Virus record (IMG/VR): IMGVR_UViG_3300025704_001538
Location: 1-64,000 of that record
Origin: a virus
Length of the DNA stretch: 64,000 bases
Reading direction: 5' to 3' (one strand)
Below, in pieces: positions 19,701 to 29,257 of the stretch; the first letter of the stretch is position 1; each line of letters begins with the position of its first letter. The notes under the pieces are model-generated. The model saw only the letters and a program-made list of their open reading frames with translations. It was not told the DNA's origin and ran no database searches. The position numbers and the translations under genes are program-made.

Positions 19701-21891
19701 GTCTTCGATTCATTAAATTTAACGCCTGTGCCCAAGTGGGGTTATATTGGTATGCCCATCTTATCTTATATTTCTCATCATATACGTCTTTATAAACGGG
19801 GTATGCCGGTGATTTATACCACTCGAATTGGTCGTTTTTATTACCATTGTTTGGTACATTAGCGTCATTTTCTTTTATTATATTTTTATAAAAACTGTTA
19901 TTATCATCTCTATTATCATATCCCGAACCAAGCAACCTTTTTGACAACCTAAATAAGTACGAGTTATCAAGTACTTCTCCACTACCGTAATCATTAACAC
20001 ATGACTGATTAAGGTCTGGGTCATACACATAAGCGTTACTAGATGTCGCATCTATAATTGCACCGAAAGCAAAATTAGCTTCAGTTTCAGCCGCAGACTG
20101 TTCCTGCTCACTACTATTATCGGTACTTTTTGTAGTACACTCACAAGCCTCACAGTCTGGATACGATAACATAGGTAGTGCTATAGTTTTAAACGGGTTC
20201 TCTTTTGGTAATGGCGTTAGTGTTGATTTTTGACAGTCTAAGTTTACCCCAGGTATCCAAGCGACCGCTTTACATAATGCATATATAATACCATTAATTA
20301 TTGCGACTATAATGTTTATTATTATTCTTAGTATCGGGTAAAGAAATGCAAGAACGTGTGAGATTATAATTAAAGTAATTAATGGTACTGTTATAATACT
20401 TAATAAGAAGTTAAATATAAAAATGAAAGGACTCCCACTTCTAACGGCATCGTTAACTGGTGGAGTGTTATTAAGTGACTTACAACTGTCATCATTAATC
20501 TGTTTAATTCCTAAATGTTTTTTTCTATTGAATCCCCATTTAAACCTGTCAATATTACTCGCAACCGTATAAACTTTATTATAATTAAATTCATAGAAAC
20601 TATCATTACAATTTATTGCGGAATCACTGTCATAATAGTCCTCCCAATCTAAAGAAAAGGCATATGATTTATTTCTTTTCTCTTCTGATGGTAAATCGTC
20701 AATCGTACTACCCGACCAACCATGTTCTTTAATATTAGGCACTAGAAAGTTAGCTCGTATAACATCTTCTTCTAACCCACCTTCATTTTGATACTTTATT
20801 TTAAACCTATATTTACCTTTTGTTGGGATTCCGTTTTTTGGGTCTATTGAAATTATCTGCTCCCCAAATTCATTTGTGGTGACGTAGTTTAGGTTCATAG
20901 GTAGGTCTATTAACCAAACACCCTCATCATCAATTACATTTCCACCCTCTTCAAGTTTATACTCTTCTATAATAGGTTTACCACTAAAATCAACGTCAAT
21001 TGTTTGTCTAATAGCCAAAATTTGACCCGGACCAGTTTCTAAATTACATAAACCACCTGTTTTATTTTTTGGTTTACAATTGGCCCTTAGGTATTGGTCT
21101 TTTACTGTTGATATTAAAGACCCCATAAATATTGATGTCGGTTTTATTTCAATCCCCTCATCTCTCAAGTCAAAATCAGTACGGGTTAATCCTACATCAC
21201 ACAAGTCGTTCTCACCCCAAAACGGATAAACTTCAATTTCTTTAACAACATTCACTAATTGTGGTAAACTATTTAAGTCTTCACTTGCTTTAAACTGTTG
21301 ACCGTTAAACTGAGTTTCAACTCCTCTACCCATCCTAATTAAATCTGCAGGTCTTAATGAAAACTGACCAATATTAGAAAGGTCTAAGTCCATTACTATT
21401 TTTTGCTGACCTAAAGGAACACCAAAAATCATAAAATCTCCCGATTCATTAGTTTTTACAGTGTATTTGTAATACTTCTCATAAACTTGTAAAACTTCAC
21501 TCCTAGTTAAAACATCATCTCTAGATGGGAATGTCCCTGTCGGTGTATGCCCCCCGTATTGTTGTTCGTAAGGTAATAAGTTATATCTATACCCATCTTC
21601 ATTCTTATCTATTATTTTTTTATAAGGGTAAAGTGTAGAAATTATCGGGTCATTAGCGTCTTCATTATCTAGTGGGACAAATATTGAAATGTTGACGTTC
21701 GGAACTCCGAAGCCTCCATTAACTACTACCCTACCAGCGACAACACCATAATCCGCACAAAACCTATCATACAAATCCTCTTGTCTAAACTTTAATGACA
21801 AAACTTCTAAGAAATCAAAGTCCTGGTCAATATTGAGTCTGACTTCTTTGTCGACCCCTACTTCTGTTCTAAACCTATATGATTTTGACAT
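16720..21891 (-). CDS. Large virion-associated protein with N-terminal carboxypeptidase-regulatory-like beta sandwich and an internal transmembrane segment (1723 aa)
   Basis: GVVAGRVVVNGGFGVPNVNISIF...TNESGDFMIFGVPLG; about 60-aa hydrophobic stretch at 20245-20430. Confidence 0.55.
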   Translation of the reverse strand: MSKSYRFRTEVGVDKEVRLNIDQDFDFLEVLSLKFRQEDLYDRFCADYGVVAGRVVVNGGFGVPNVNISIFVPLDNEDANDPIISTLYPYKKIIDKNEDGYRYNLLPYEQQYGGHTPTGTFPSRDDVLTRSEVLQVYEKYYKYTVKTNESGDFMIFGVPLGQQKIVMDLDLSNIGQFSLRPADLIRMGRGVETQFNGQQFKASEDLNSLPQLVNVVKEIEVYPFWGENDLCDVGLTRTDFDLRDEGIEIKPTSIFMGSLISTVKDQYLRANCKPKNKTGGLCNLETGPGQILAIRQTIDVDFSGKPIIEEYKLEEGGNVIDDEGVWLIDLPMNLNYVTTNEFGEQIISIDPKNGIPTKGKYRFKIKYQNEGGLEEDVIRANFLVPNIKEHGWSGSTIDDLPSEEKRNKSYAFSLDWEDYYDSDSAINCNDSFYEFNYNKVYTVASNIDRFKWGFNRKKHLGIKQINDDSCKSLNNTPPVNDAVRSGSPFIFIFNFLLSIITVPLITLIIISHVLAFLYPILRIIINIIVAIINGIIYALCKAVAWIPGVNLDCQKSTLTPLPKENPFKTIALPMLSYPDCEACECTTKSTDNSSEQEQSAAETEANFAFGAIIDATSSNAYVYDPDLNQSCVNDYGSGEVLDNSYLFRLSKRLLGSGYDNRDDNNSFYKNIIKENDANVPNNGNKNDQFEWYKSPAYPVYKDVYDEKYKIRWAYQYNPTWAQALNLMNRRRMYFGDAGMNGLFNNMPGGSNYSSRKTTNRIQVSCVNDDFGPQNGAPWTDMCNVFLFDPGTNLTTGSLMTFNDLNEINDPNVNTYENGNQFGNESITGSTNGNPNTYTQVEVPYVQANGQTGVGYANLINTSTTSYYTFKSGVEYFQVLTSMTLNEMSTQLKEFENDALLKKFVRTYRSKINCKQEASEEEGFISNLKVTESYDDYENIVVAFFVRGVDVYTPRQKMRYDLSKLFGFGINGQNDYVGARVVEGDYYMNIPIQPNGGGSGDEWWTNSESPTPHYEIDSPGSLKWYSSNNGGGSGNWSDANKLYHSSYTFTPNSSNWQPFKTYSFNKYCSLDGQISNAMPGYMGDFGVSLPDENFPESGLNPWMQKRIEGCGYQYADFVGTSNNKKRRELGSSAHRITSVSPLYLPKNYEQNGDGTYPNGVPHTWMSQSNKIVFRSDRLPSSDFFENFESDAKEFRRYTLHMNNIQKTYFISDDGVITTPEGEVIGAADGSGNSADDLEDANSTVANVISSFSCGGMVPLGCYEGDGEDFDISSPCYLSENEVWTGPERVVNGCYQFVIKRVIISIPRDILMFFEWRVRIRFMYALCQGIIGEMFQNNWLNGTLYMPAIQKQTLFNSDNEPTRYRYCGDPQQFWDNRKNQGPLYFNTDTNSFFYRSTPYDDESNQFVGQEPGRNYYTGQNKKNIWSPTTIMELGPRDEFTKEISFSPEFEGYFIDLVTSSSYKDISTIINLFAVSRLANAGFLETLLGAGDASVGAIFSREFDTIADGTAFADFITNPFDSRVDGDFAQMISINSEFGVIPYLDGNYEDSITVQDDRFGIWFSSNTQNRRLITNGVTTFGTEVEGPTNSFGYPNSQVIPFYMWRIKDNGLFGTEQNTWETSCIYASTYQGDDFFEGSGKYMKPNSGYGLGYIYNRSSSDSELDEFPVNSPNSCEDSSGGVISDLLSDDLAKGNFKVGNPFHFYFGLRRGKTAMNRYIKKYIFNLE

Positions 21892-21905
21892 AAAATACTT
21901 TTAAG

Positions 21906-21912
21906 ATAAATA
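21906..21912 (-). promoter_or_regulatory. TATTTAT motif (putative late promoter)
   Basis: 14 nt upstream of the ATG at 21891; the motif recurs before 12 genes. Confidence 0.55.
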
Positions 21913-21961
21913 GTTATTCATCTTAATTTTAATTTTAAAAAAATAAAAGTATATGAATGCG

Positions 21962-23800
21962 TTATGAGAACTCTACGTTCTTAAGTTGTTTGATTCTGAC
22001 TTTAATATCTTTTTCAGGAAACCTTATCTGATATATCTGATTAGGTTGTGCAAAAATAGTATCATCTATCAACTCAATTTGTTTAGAATTTTTATTAACG
22101 TATCTTTGAGATGTCTCGGACGATGAGTATTGACCTCCTGTTTTATTAAACACTTTTAAATCCGCCAATGTACTAACTCCTGGTATATCTTGTATAATTC
22201 TTCTAATGTCAGATATGTTAACATTTTTACCTAATAAATTAGTCATCGGAGATAAGTAAGATTCGACACTATTAACTATACTAGTTACAACCTGTCCTTG
22301 GTTTTCTGTGGATGTCATAGCAACACTGAACTCAAACTCTAAATCAATAACATCAGCACTCCGTATAGATATGTAATCATTTATCATACGATAATTAGAA
22401 AGGTAGTTAGCAATATTATCTTTTAATGTTTTAGACACATTACTAGTTAACTTTCTGTTTGAGTCGTATGATAATACTTCAATTTTTATCTTATTATCTT
22501 CCTCAACAATCGCAGCCTTTGCAGGTGCACCAAATCTACTTGGCATCGTTCTTATTAAAGAATTATAGTCGTTTATAGTAACCGCTCTTTTTTGTGCTGA
22601 AAAGTTATAAGTTACCATATTTCTAACCTCTTCTGTTGTAGGTAAGTCACCTCCTCCGATAGCGGCGGTTACATTATTACATCTTAAACTTTGAATTACA
22701 TTCTGATTAATGTTCTGTGATGGTCCGTTTACCGCAAAATTTACATTACCGATTTGATTAATCGTATTAACCCCTATATTTGATGTCGCACCACCTCCGA
22801 TTCTATATTTAACAAATAATGTCGTATTCGCTTTAACTGTTTTACCAAGTGCAATGTTGTTTTGATAATCCTGTAACCTTAATGGTATCCCCGTTCTTGC
22901 AAACTCGGCAAGTTGGTCGTCAGCGGTTACGGTAGCACTACCAAATTGGACTCTACAATATCCTTCAGGTGTGTATTCGGATATAAATCTGTTTTCAGTC
23001 TCTATATATTTTCCGACTTTTATACCTGGATTGTCTGACGCCTTACTTGGGTCTTCAACAAATACCGTATTTTCTGCTAACGCATCGACCTCATACCATT
23101 TATCGGGTGAAGTGATAAACTCATCATATGTCGGCGGACTAGAATAGGATGTCCCATCTTTTTGAATTAAAGATGTTATACTTATTACATTTTTTTCAGG
23201 TAAAAAGAAATCGTAAAATGGTTTTACATCGTTACTATTAATTACTTTTTTGAAAACCTTTGTAGTTCCATTAACAACCACTTCTCTTTTTGTGATGGTA
23301 TAATTTACTATTCTATTATTAGAATCAAAGTTCGGTATTTTAGTTCTGTTTGGAAACCCTTTACTATTATACTGAGTACTAAAATCAATATCGTCTTGAT
23401 TTTCGAATATCTGACCAGCACCTATGAACTGAGAGCCCGACCTTATAATTCCTAAATATCTACTATCTTCTTGGTCCCCAAAAGCAGGTACGGTTATAGA
23501 AACGTCAACCAACGCAATTGACGGTCGGTTTCCAGGTATCTTTAGTCCGTATGTTCTTGCTATATTATATATAGATGATTTTTGTTGAGCATACTGTAGA
23601 ACAGTTTCTTGAACACTTCTGTCAATGTGATAATGTAAATTATCTCCAATTGCAGCGTTTAAATCTAAAAATACAGAATAAACTGACGCATCATTAAAAT
23701 TATCAATTAATTCAGGATAATATTGACGTGTAAAATTAATAAGGTCTTGCCTTAGTCCTTCAAAATCTCTATCTGTGTATGATATTTTACGATTAGCCAT
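21962..23800 (-). CDS. Baseplate wedge protein (T4 gp6/baseplate J-like)
   Basis: YTDRDFEGLRQDL N-terminus; YRIGGG..NIG; AQKRAVTINDY motif; directly downstream of the gp25-like gene. Confidence 0.85.
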   Translation of the reverse strand: MANRKISYTDRDFEGLRQDLINFTRQYYPELIDNFNDASVYSVFLDLNAAIGDNLHYHIDRSVQETVLQYAQQKSSIYNIARTYGLKIPGNRPSIALVDVSITVPAFGDQEDSRYLGIIRSGSQFIGAGQIFENQDDIDFSTQYNSKGFPNRTKIPNFDSNNRIVNYTITKREVVVNGTTKVFKKVINSNDVKPFYDFFLPEKNVISITSLIQKDGTSYSSPPTYDEFITSPDKWYEVDALAENTVFVEDPSKASDNPGIKVGKYIETENRFISEYTPEGYCRVQFGSATVTADDQLAEFARTGIPLRLQDYQNNIALGKTVKANTTLFVKYRIGGGATSNIGVNTINQIGNVNFAVNGPSQNINQNVIQSLRCNNVTAAIGGGDLPTTEEVRNMVTYNFSAQKRAVTINDYNSLIRTMPSRFGAPAKAAIVEEDNKIKIEVLSYDSNRKLTSNVSKTLKDNIANYLSNYRMINDYISIRSADVIDLEFEFSVAMTSTENQGQVVTSIVNSVESYLSPMTNLLGKNVNISDIRRIIQDIPGVSTLADLKVFNKTGGQYSSSETSQRYVNKNSKQIELIDDTIFAQPNQIYQIRFPEKDIKVRIKQLKNVEFS

Positions 23801-23805
23801 TTACC

Positions 23806-24285
23806 TTAAATATTAATAATAATGAAATCTCTCGTATCAAATGTACTATCTTTGATTGAATAGTCTATTTTAACTTTGGCGGTGTACTCTTCAACCCCCT
23901 CACCCGCTGTTCTAAATATATCAAACATTTCATATGTTGAGCTCTGGTCCTCGACGTTTAAATCACCTATAGGACTCTTATCATCCTCACTATATGGTTC
24001 AATTGTGATATCATTTATCTGTAGGTTAGGTATGTATTTATCACACGCTATTTGTATATCTGACTTTATTGCGTCAAATGTAGGTCCATCCATAGGTTCA
24101 AAAATAAACTCATATATTCTAGTTCCAAAATCAGGTAAATAATATCTACTACCCTTTCTTGTTAATATTAAATGAAGTAAATCTGCCCTTACTTCTTCAG
24201 GTACATTTTCTGTTAAGTCTAAGTAAGTACCGTCAGTACTTTCTCTAAAAGGAAAATTTACACCATAAGTTTTCTTTATCGCCAT
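23806..24285 (-). CDS. Baseplate wedge subunit (T4 gp25/gpW-like)
   Basis: LILTRKGSRYYLPDFGTRIYEFIFEP signature. Confidence 0.9.
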   Translation of the reverse strand: MAIKKTYGVNFPFRESTDGTYLDLTENVPEEVRADLLHLILTRKGSRYYLPDFGTRIYEFIFEPMDGPTFDAIKSDIQIACDKYIPNLQINDITIEPYSEDDKSPIGDLNVEDQSSTYEMFDIFRTAGEGVEEYTAKVKIDYSIKDSTFDTRDFIIINI

Positions 24286-24289
24286 AACA

Positions 24290-24296
24290 ATAAATA
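24290..24296 (-). promoter_or_regulatory. TATTTAT motif (putative late promoter, near-leaderless)
   Basis: 4 nt before the gp25-like ATG and just downstream of the nrdA terminator. Confidence 0.6.
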
Positions 24297-24315
24297 TAAC
24301 TTAGAGTATTTTTAT

Positions 24316-24348
24316 AAAAAAACCCGTGTTAAACACGGGTCTTTTTTT
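24316..24348. terminator. Intrinsic terminator after nrdA (possibly bidirectional)
   Basis: ACCCGTGT-TAA-ACACGGGT stem flanked by A7 and T7 tracts. Confidence 0.85.
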
Positions 24349-26053
24349 ATCCTTCACATGCGACACATTGTAGGTCATTTAAATTCAACTTCTTTCTTGC
24401 AAATGCCTGAGCCGAGTTCATTGAGTGTTGGTAGTATAGTGTTTTAACTCCTAACTTCCATGAATCAATCAATAACTTATTAACATCTCTTGTCGGCATA
24501 TCAGGAGATACCATTAAGTTTAATGACTGCGATTGGTCAATGTATTGTTGTCTGACCGCAGCCTGATTAATTATTGACGCTTGATTGATTTCTGAAAAAG
24601 TTCTAAAAACATCTTTTTGCTCGTCACTTAAAAAATCTAAGTGTTGTACTGAACCGTCTTTCTTTTTAATCGTATCCCACACTTCTTTAGTGTCTTTCCC
24701 TATTTCAAGTAACAGGGTTTTAAGTATTGGGTTCTTAATCGTGACTTTCATTTTAGCAACGTCTTTTACATAACAGTTAGACCATATAGGTTCGATTGAC
24801 TGTGACACTTGACCTAAAATAAACGCGGATGATGTTGTCGGAGCAATCGCGTTAAGTGTAACGTTTCTGCGCCCATAACCCTTAAGATATTCAGGTTCTC
24901 CAAATTTTTCAGCTAGCTCAGAAGATGCGTTGTATGATTTTTCTTTGATGTTTTTAAATACCTCTACATTCAATCTTGCACTTTCTTTAGTGTCAAACCC
25001 CAACCCTTTCGATTGGAGTAGTGAATGCCACCCTAAAACACCTAATCCTAACGCTCTTTGTCTTTTAGCGAAGTTGTATGCCTTCTCCAAGTAGAAGAAT
25101 GCCCTATTACCTTCAATAGAACCGTCAGATTTTAGGTCTTCAATTTTAGTTAAAAACTCAGTAACAACCGCGTCAAGAAAGTAAGTCATAGTTTCAACCG
25201 CATCTGTGTCTTTCCATTCGTCATAATGTAGAGCGTTCATAGATGACAATACACAAACAAAAGATTCTTCTTCTGAATTGTGAAGTGCAATTTCAGAACA
25301 AAGGTTAGAATTATAAATTTTAGCCCCTTTATCTCTATATACATCGGGAGAGTTGTTATTCATAGTATCACTAAACATGATATATGGATAACCAATTTCA
25401 CCTCGTCTCTGAATTACTTTAGCCCAAATTGCTCTCTTCTCTTCGTCACCCCCAATCATTTCTTTCATGAAGTCATCACTAACAGTTACTGCATGTGTTA
25501 AATCTTGAATAGGGAACCCTTCAGTACCGATTTCAAGGAACTCCATAATATCAGGGTGCTCTACAGGTAAGTAAGGTGAAAAACGACCTCTTCGAGTAGC
25601 TCCTTGTGAGATGTTATCAACGACACTTTCGAATAAATTCATAAAGTGAACCGCTCCAGGCGCTTGCCCGTTATCGGTAATATATGCACCTCTTTCACGA
25701 ATATTTCCAAAGTAACCTGAAGTTCCTCCACCCATTTTACTCATTTCACCAACTTCCGCCTGTGTAAACAAAATGGATTCAATATTGTCACCAATGTTAG
25801 ACCCAAAACAACTAACGGGTAGTCCCCTCTTTTTTCCAAAATTAGCCCAAACAGGTGATGATAACGAATACCATCCCTTACCCATATATTCATAAAATTT
25901 ATCAGCAAATCCTTCGATTCCTAATATTTTCTCTGCATGGTCTGCAATTGTTCTAATTCTTTCTAAAGGTTCCTCTCCCTCACTTAAATACCCTCTACGT
26001 AAAAAGGTTATGGATTCTTCATTAATCCAATCAAAAAGTTTTCTATTTTTCAT
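24347..26053 (-). CDS. nrdA: Ribonucleotide reductase class I alpha subunit, no ATP cone
   Basis: VSCF, SNLCSEI (N-x-C-x-E), VCVLSS, AIAPTTSS, TLYY and C-terminal CVACEG. Confidence 0.95.
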   Translation of the reverse strand: MKNRKLFDWINEESITFLRRGYLSEGEEPLERIRTIADHAEKILGIEGFADKFYEYMGKGWYSLSSPVWANFGKKRGLPVSCFGSNIGDNIESILFTQAEVGEMSKMGGGTSGYFGNIRERGAYITDNGQAPGAVHFMNLFESVVDNISQGATRRGRFSPYLPVEHPDIMEFLEIGTEGFPIQDLTHAVTVSDDFMKEMIGGDEEKRAIWAKVIQRRGEIGYPYIMFSDTMNNNSPDVYRDKGAKIYNSNLCSEIALHNSEEESFVCVLSSMNALHYDEWKDTDAVETMTYFLDAVVTEFLTKIEDLKSDGSIEGNRAFFYLEKAYNFAKRQRALGLGVLGWHSLLQSKGLGFDTKESARLNVEVFKNIKEKSYNASSELAEKFGEPEYLKGYGRRNVTLNAIAPTTSSAFILGQVSQSIEPIWSNCYVKDVAKMKVTIKNPILKTLLLEIGKDTKEVWDTIKKKDGSVQHLDFLSDEQKDVFRTFSEINQASIINQAAVRQQYIDQSQSLNLMVSPDMPTRDVNKLLIDSWKLGVKTLYYQHSMNSAQAFARKKLNLNDLQCVACEG

Positions 26054-26072
26054 TTTTTATATCATAATTAAA

Positions 26073-27353
26073 TTAAAATAAGTCGTTTGACGTAATCGAT
26101 TTTGATTTCTTACTATAATTAATACTTCTTTTATTGAAGAAATCTGTATGTTTTGTTGTTAAAATTTCATCATCAAACCATTCAGTAGTCTCAAGTAATG
26201 TTTCATTTACGGTGAATATACTATCAATACCGATTGAGTTTAATGATACGTTAAATCTGTGTTTTATAAACTCCATAGTTTGTTTTTTAGTTAGGAAGTC
26301 TAAGTCTCCTTTCTCAAAAATCCAATTGACAATCTCGATTTCTGCGTCACACGCTTCCAATGTCGCATCAATTAAATCTTCAACTAACTCTTCTGTCCAC
26401 CAATGTGGATTTTCCTTCTTAATTAAGTTTACTAAGTCAAATCCAAAACTAGCGTGAATATTCTCTTCCTTAGATGTCGCCTCAACAGCGTTACTAATAC
26501 CCTTTAACATATTCTTGTGTTTGTTAAATGACATAATAACTAAGAACTGTGAGAATAGTGATACGTTCTCAATAAACATCGAGAATAGTATTACGGACTC
26601 AAAGTATTCCTTGTTCTCAACACTTTTTGAGTTTGAAATGGATTTTTCTAAATATTTAATTCTTCTTCTAATCGCGGGTACCTGCATTAGACTTTCAAAT
26701 TCTTTGTTTAAACCTAACAACTGTATTAGGTGTGAATAAGCATCAGCATGTCTTACTTCTGACTCCGCGAATGTAGCTCCTACGTTACCGATTTCTGGTT
26801 TTGGCATCCTTTTATATATGTCCCCCCAAAATGTTTTAACGGCAATCTCAATCTGAGAAATTGCCAACATCGCTCTTTCAAGTGCAGATTTTTCTTTTTC
26901 ATCTAAGTGCACTTTAAAATCCTGTATATCTGAAGTAAAATTAAACTCTGTATGTACCCAGTATGAATGTCTAATTGCATCGACAAACTCATTTAACTCA
27001 GGATAATCATAAGGTTTTAAATTAACTCTTTTCGAAAATATATCAGGTCTATTCTTAGCCCTATATACAATATACTCTTTTGCCACTTCGTTAAGTCCGT
27101 TATCCATTAGTTTGTTCTCAACCATATCATGAATATCGTCAACATGTGGTATTCTTTCTTTATCGTTTCTAAACAACGCCTTCGCAGTAATACGAGCGAT
27201 TTTCTCCGCCATTACCTCATCGACCTGATTAGTACTCTTCATTGCTTTTAAAACCGCAACTTCAATTTTTTCAGTTTTAAAAACGACTTTATCGCCACTT
27301 CTTTTTATTACATAGCGCATATCTGTCTCTATTTTATTCATTAGATTCTCCAT
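26073..27353 (-). CDS. nrdB: Ribonucleotide reductase beta subunit with N-terminal ATP cone (class Id-like)
   Basis: VIKRSG..F..EKI..AVLKA..VDDIHDMVENKLM..AKEYIVYR ATP cone, then a ferritin-like body: SQIEIAVK, ESEVRHADAY, ENVSLFSQF, EENIH, DFF. Confidence 0.95.
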   Translation of the reverse strand: MENLMNKIETDMRYVIKRSGDKVVFKTEKIEVAVLKAMKSTNQVDEVMAEKIARITAKALFRNDKERIPHVDDIHDMVENKLMDNGLNEVAKEYIVYRAKNRPDIFSKRVNLKPYDYPELNEFVDAIRHSYWVHTEFNFTSDIQDFKVHLDEKEKSALERAMLAISQIEIAVKTFWGDIYKRMPKPEIGNVGATFAESEVRHADAYSHLIQLLGLNKEFESLMQVPAIRRRIKYLEKSISNSKSVENKEYFESVILFSMFIENVSLFSQFLVIMSFNKHKNMLKGISNAVEATSKEENIHASFGFDLVNLIKKENPHWWTEELVEDLIDATLEACDAEIEIVNWIFEKGDLDFLTKKQTMEFIKHRFNVSLNSIGIDSIFTVNETLLETTEWFDDEILTTKHTDFFNKRSINYSKKSKSITSNDLF

Positions 27354-27369
27354 CTTTTAAGACAATTAA

Positions 27370-28749
27370 TTAAGATTTATTTTCTTTTTGTTTCCTTTTT
27401 TCAAGAAGTTCACGGATTCTTTCTTTGTTTTTTTCCTCCTTTTGTTCTTCAAGACCAAGGAACGTAACACTTTGTTCAGTATCAATTACTATCATCTCGT
27501 TATCAAACTTACAGTTTTCAAACACAATTCCATCTTTACCGATACGTGATTTAGTAATCGCAATAGTAGCTAAGTTCATTTCTTTTTGTTGTAATGATTT
27601 AGCGACTGAGATAATAACGTGACCTACCTGTGCTTTTTTAATTGAACCTCCCATTTGGTCCGTGGTAACAACTTCAGAGGAAATAGAACTTCTATTACCT
27701 TGAGTTGCCGTCCAACCAACTAAGTTCAATTCGTGACACATGGACTCGAAACCCCTCATAACCGAACCTTCACTTTTCCATTCATCCCCTAAGTTCTTAT
27801 CAGGAACAACACAATCGATATAATCTAAAACGACTAAATCTATTTTTGTTCCCTCAGCAGTCATCTTACGAATCTGATTTTTAATCTGATTCATTGTAAG
27901 AGTATCTGATGGTAGTTTTTTAAGAACTAATTTGTTAGGTGCATTTTCTCTGATTTCCTGAACTTTATTTATTACTTTGTCTTTATGCATTGACAGTAAA
28001 TCGGGTGCTATTTCAGTCCATAGAGTAAAATGTTTCCTTTGAATAATTTTAGGATTGTCTTCAAAGAAAATTTGAAGAACGTTATATCCTAAGTTGAATG
28101 CGTGGTTTGAAATCTTTGTGAGGAAGGTAGATTTACCAACACCCGTTGGTGCTAATATAACTCCTATTTCCCCTTTTGCCATTCCACCTTTAAGTAGGTT
28201 GTCGATACCCGGTATCCCCATAGGGATTGGGTGCCTAAAGTCTTCTTCAAGTACCTCTTCAAGGTTAGTAAAAACCTCAGAAGTACCTGTATCTACTTCC
28301 CCAACTTGTAAGGCTTCCCTCACCATTTCCTCCAAGTGGTCATAAGACTCAAAATCACCTTTATCGATGATTTTTTGAGCCCTAGACATAACCTTCTGAA
28401 GTTCTTGTTGTTTGCAAAATTTAAGACCTTTTTCCTGAACGAAGGTTTCTCCTTCAGCAGGGGCTTCTTTAACTTGCTCTAACATATCAAGAACCATCTT
28501 CTGAGCCATAGGAGATGAGACTTCTGACTTAATAAGTTGTTCAAGGGTATTGTATGAAGGTGTATGTTCATACTTTTGGTAATACTCCTTTAGGACCTGC
28601 ATAATCAACTTAAAATACTGATTATCAAAATATTTAGGTTCAATCACGTCAACAATAGAAGTAGCAAAGTCCTTATAAAGAACGATGTTATTTAATAACT
28701 GAATTTGAAATGTGTTTCCGAGATATCCGAAATTTTTTTCTTTCGACAT
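27370..28749 (-). CDS. Replicative DnaB-like (T4 gp41-like) helicase
   Basis: Walker A APTGVGKST, Walker B VVLDYID, WTATQGNR, KSRIG arginine finger. Confidence 0.9.
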   Translation of the reverse strand: MSKEKNFGYLGNTFQIQLLNNIVLYKDFATSIVDVIEPKYFDNQYFKLIMQVLKEYYQKYEHTPSYNTLEQLIKSEVSSPMAQKMVLDMLEQVKEAPAEGETFVQEKGLKFCKQQELQKVMSRAQKIIDKGDFESYDHLEEMVREALQVGEVDTGTSEVFTNLEEVLEEDFRHPIPMGIPGIDNLLKGGMAKGEIGVILAPTGVGKSTFLTKISNHAFNLGYNVLQIFFEDNPKIIQRKHFTLWTEIAPDLLSMHKDKVINKVQEIRENAPNKLVLKKLPSDTLTMNQIKNQIRKMTAEGTKIDLVVLDYIDCVVPDKNLGDEWKSEGSVMRGFESMCHELNLVGWTATQGNRSSISSEVVTTDQMGGSIKKAQVGHVIISVAKSLQQKEMNLATIAITKSRIGKDGIVFENCKFDNEMIVIDTEQSVTFLGLEEQKEEKNKERIRELLEKRKQKENKS

Positions 28750-28779
28750 GTTGATTGTGATTACTAATAATGTGTCTTA

Positions 28780-28786
28780 ATAAATA
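28780..28786 (-). promoter_or_regulatory. TATTTAT motif
   Basis: 30 nt upstream of the helicase ATG. Confidence 0.4.
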
Positions 28787-28789
28787 TAT

Positions 28790-29245
28790 TCAAGAAAGGG
28801 TATATTCCATATAATTCTGTGTCAATTTGTCAGAAGAAAAAACTTCAGTCAAGGACTTCAGAATGGACTTTAAATGAGGTCTTACGTCAACCGTGTACCT
28901 AATCTTCGGTGGGTATCTCTTGCCGTCCCAACCTCGATGCATGATAACTTCGTCATTATATTTAACATAGATGTTAAATACCTCGTCATCATCAGTCATA
29001 GAGGTGTCTAAAATTTTTGGGTCAGACATAATCTGATACTGGTTCTCCAGCATGTACCAAATTGTTTTAGATTTCAAATCGCCATGAATTTTCATATATA
29101 CGTCATTAACTGCGTCAGCTAATTCCATACTATTTTTAGCGTCTACGTTAAATCCTTTAACATTGTAATACCTCTGTACAATGATATTGTCATTCAATGT
29201 GAGTAGAAACTCCATCTTAGTAATGTCATTCTTTTCTTTACTCAT
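28790..29245 (-). CDS. Hypothetical protein (151 aa) in the replication block
   Basis: ORF track; fills the gap between exonuclease and helicase. Confidence 0.7.
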   Translation of the reverse strand: MSKEKNDITKMEFLLTLNDNIIVQRYYNVKGFNVDAKNSMELADAVNDVYMKIHGDLKSKTIWYMLENQYQIMSDPKILDTSMTDDDEVFNIYVKYNDEVIMHRGWDGKRYPPKIRYTVDVRPHLKSILKSLTEVFSSDKLTQNYMEYTLS

Positions 29246-29257
29246 TTTTTGTTTTTT

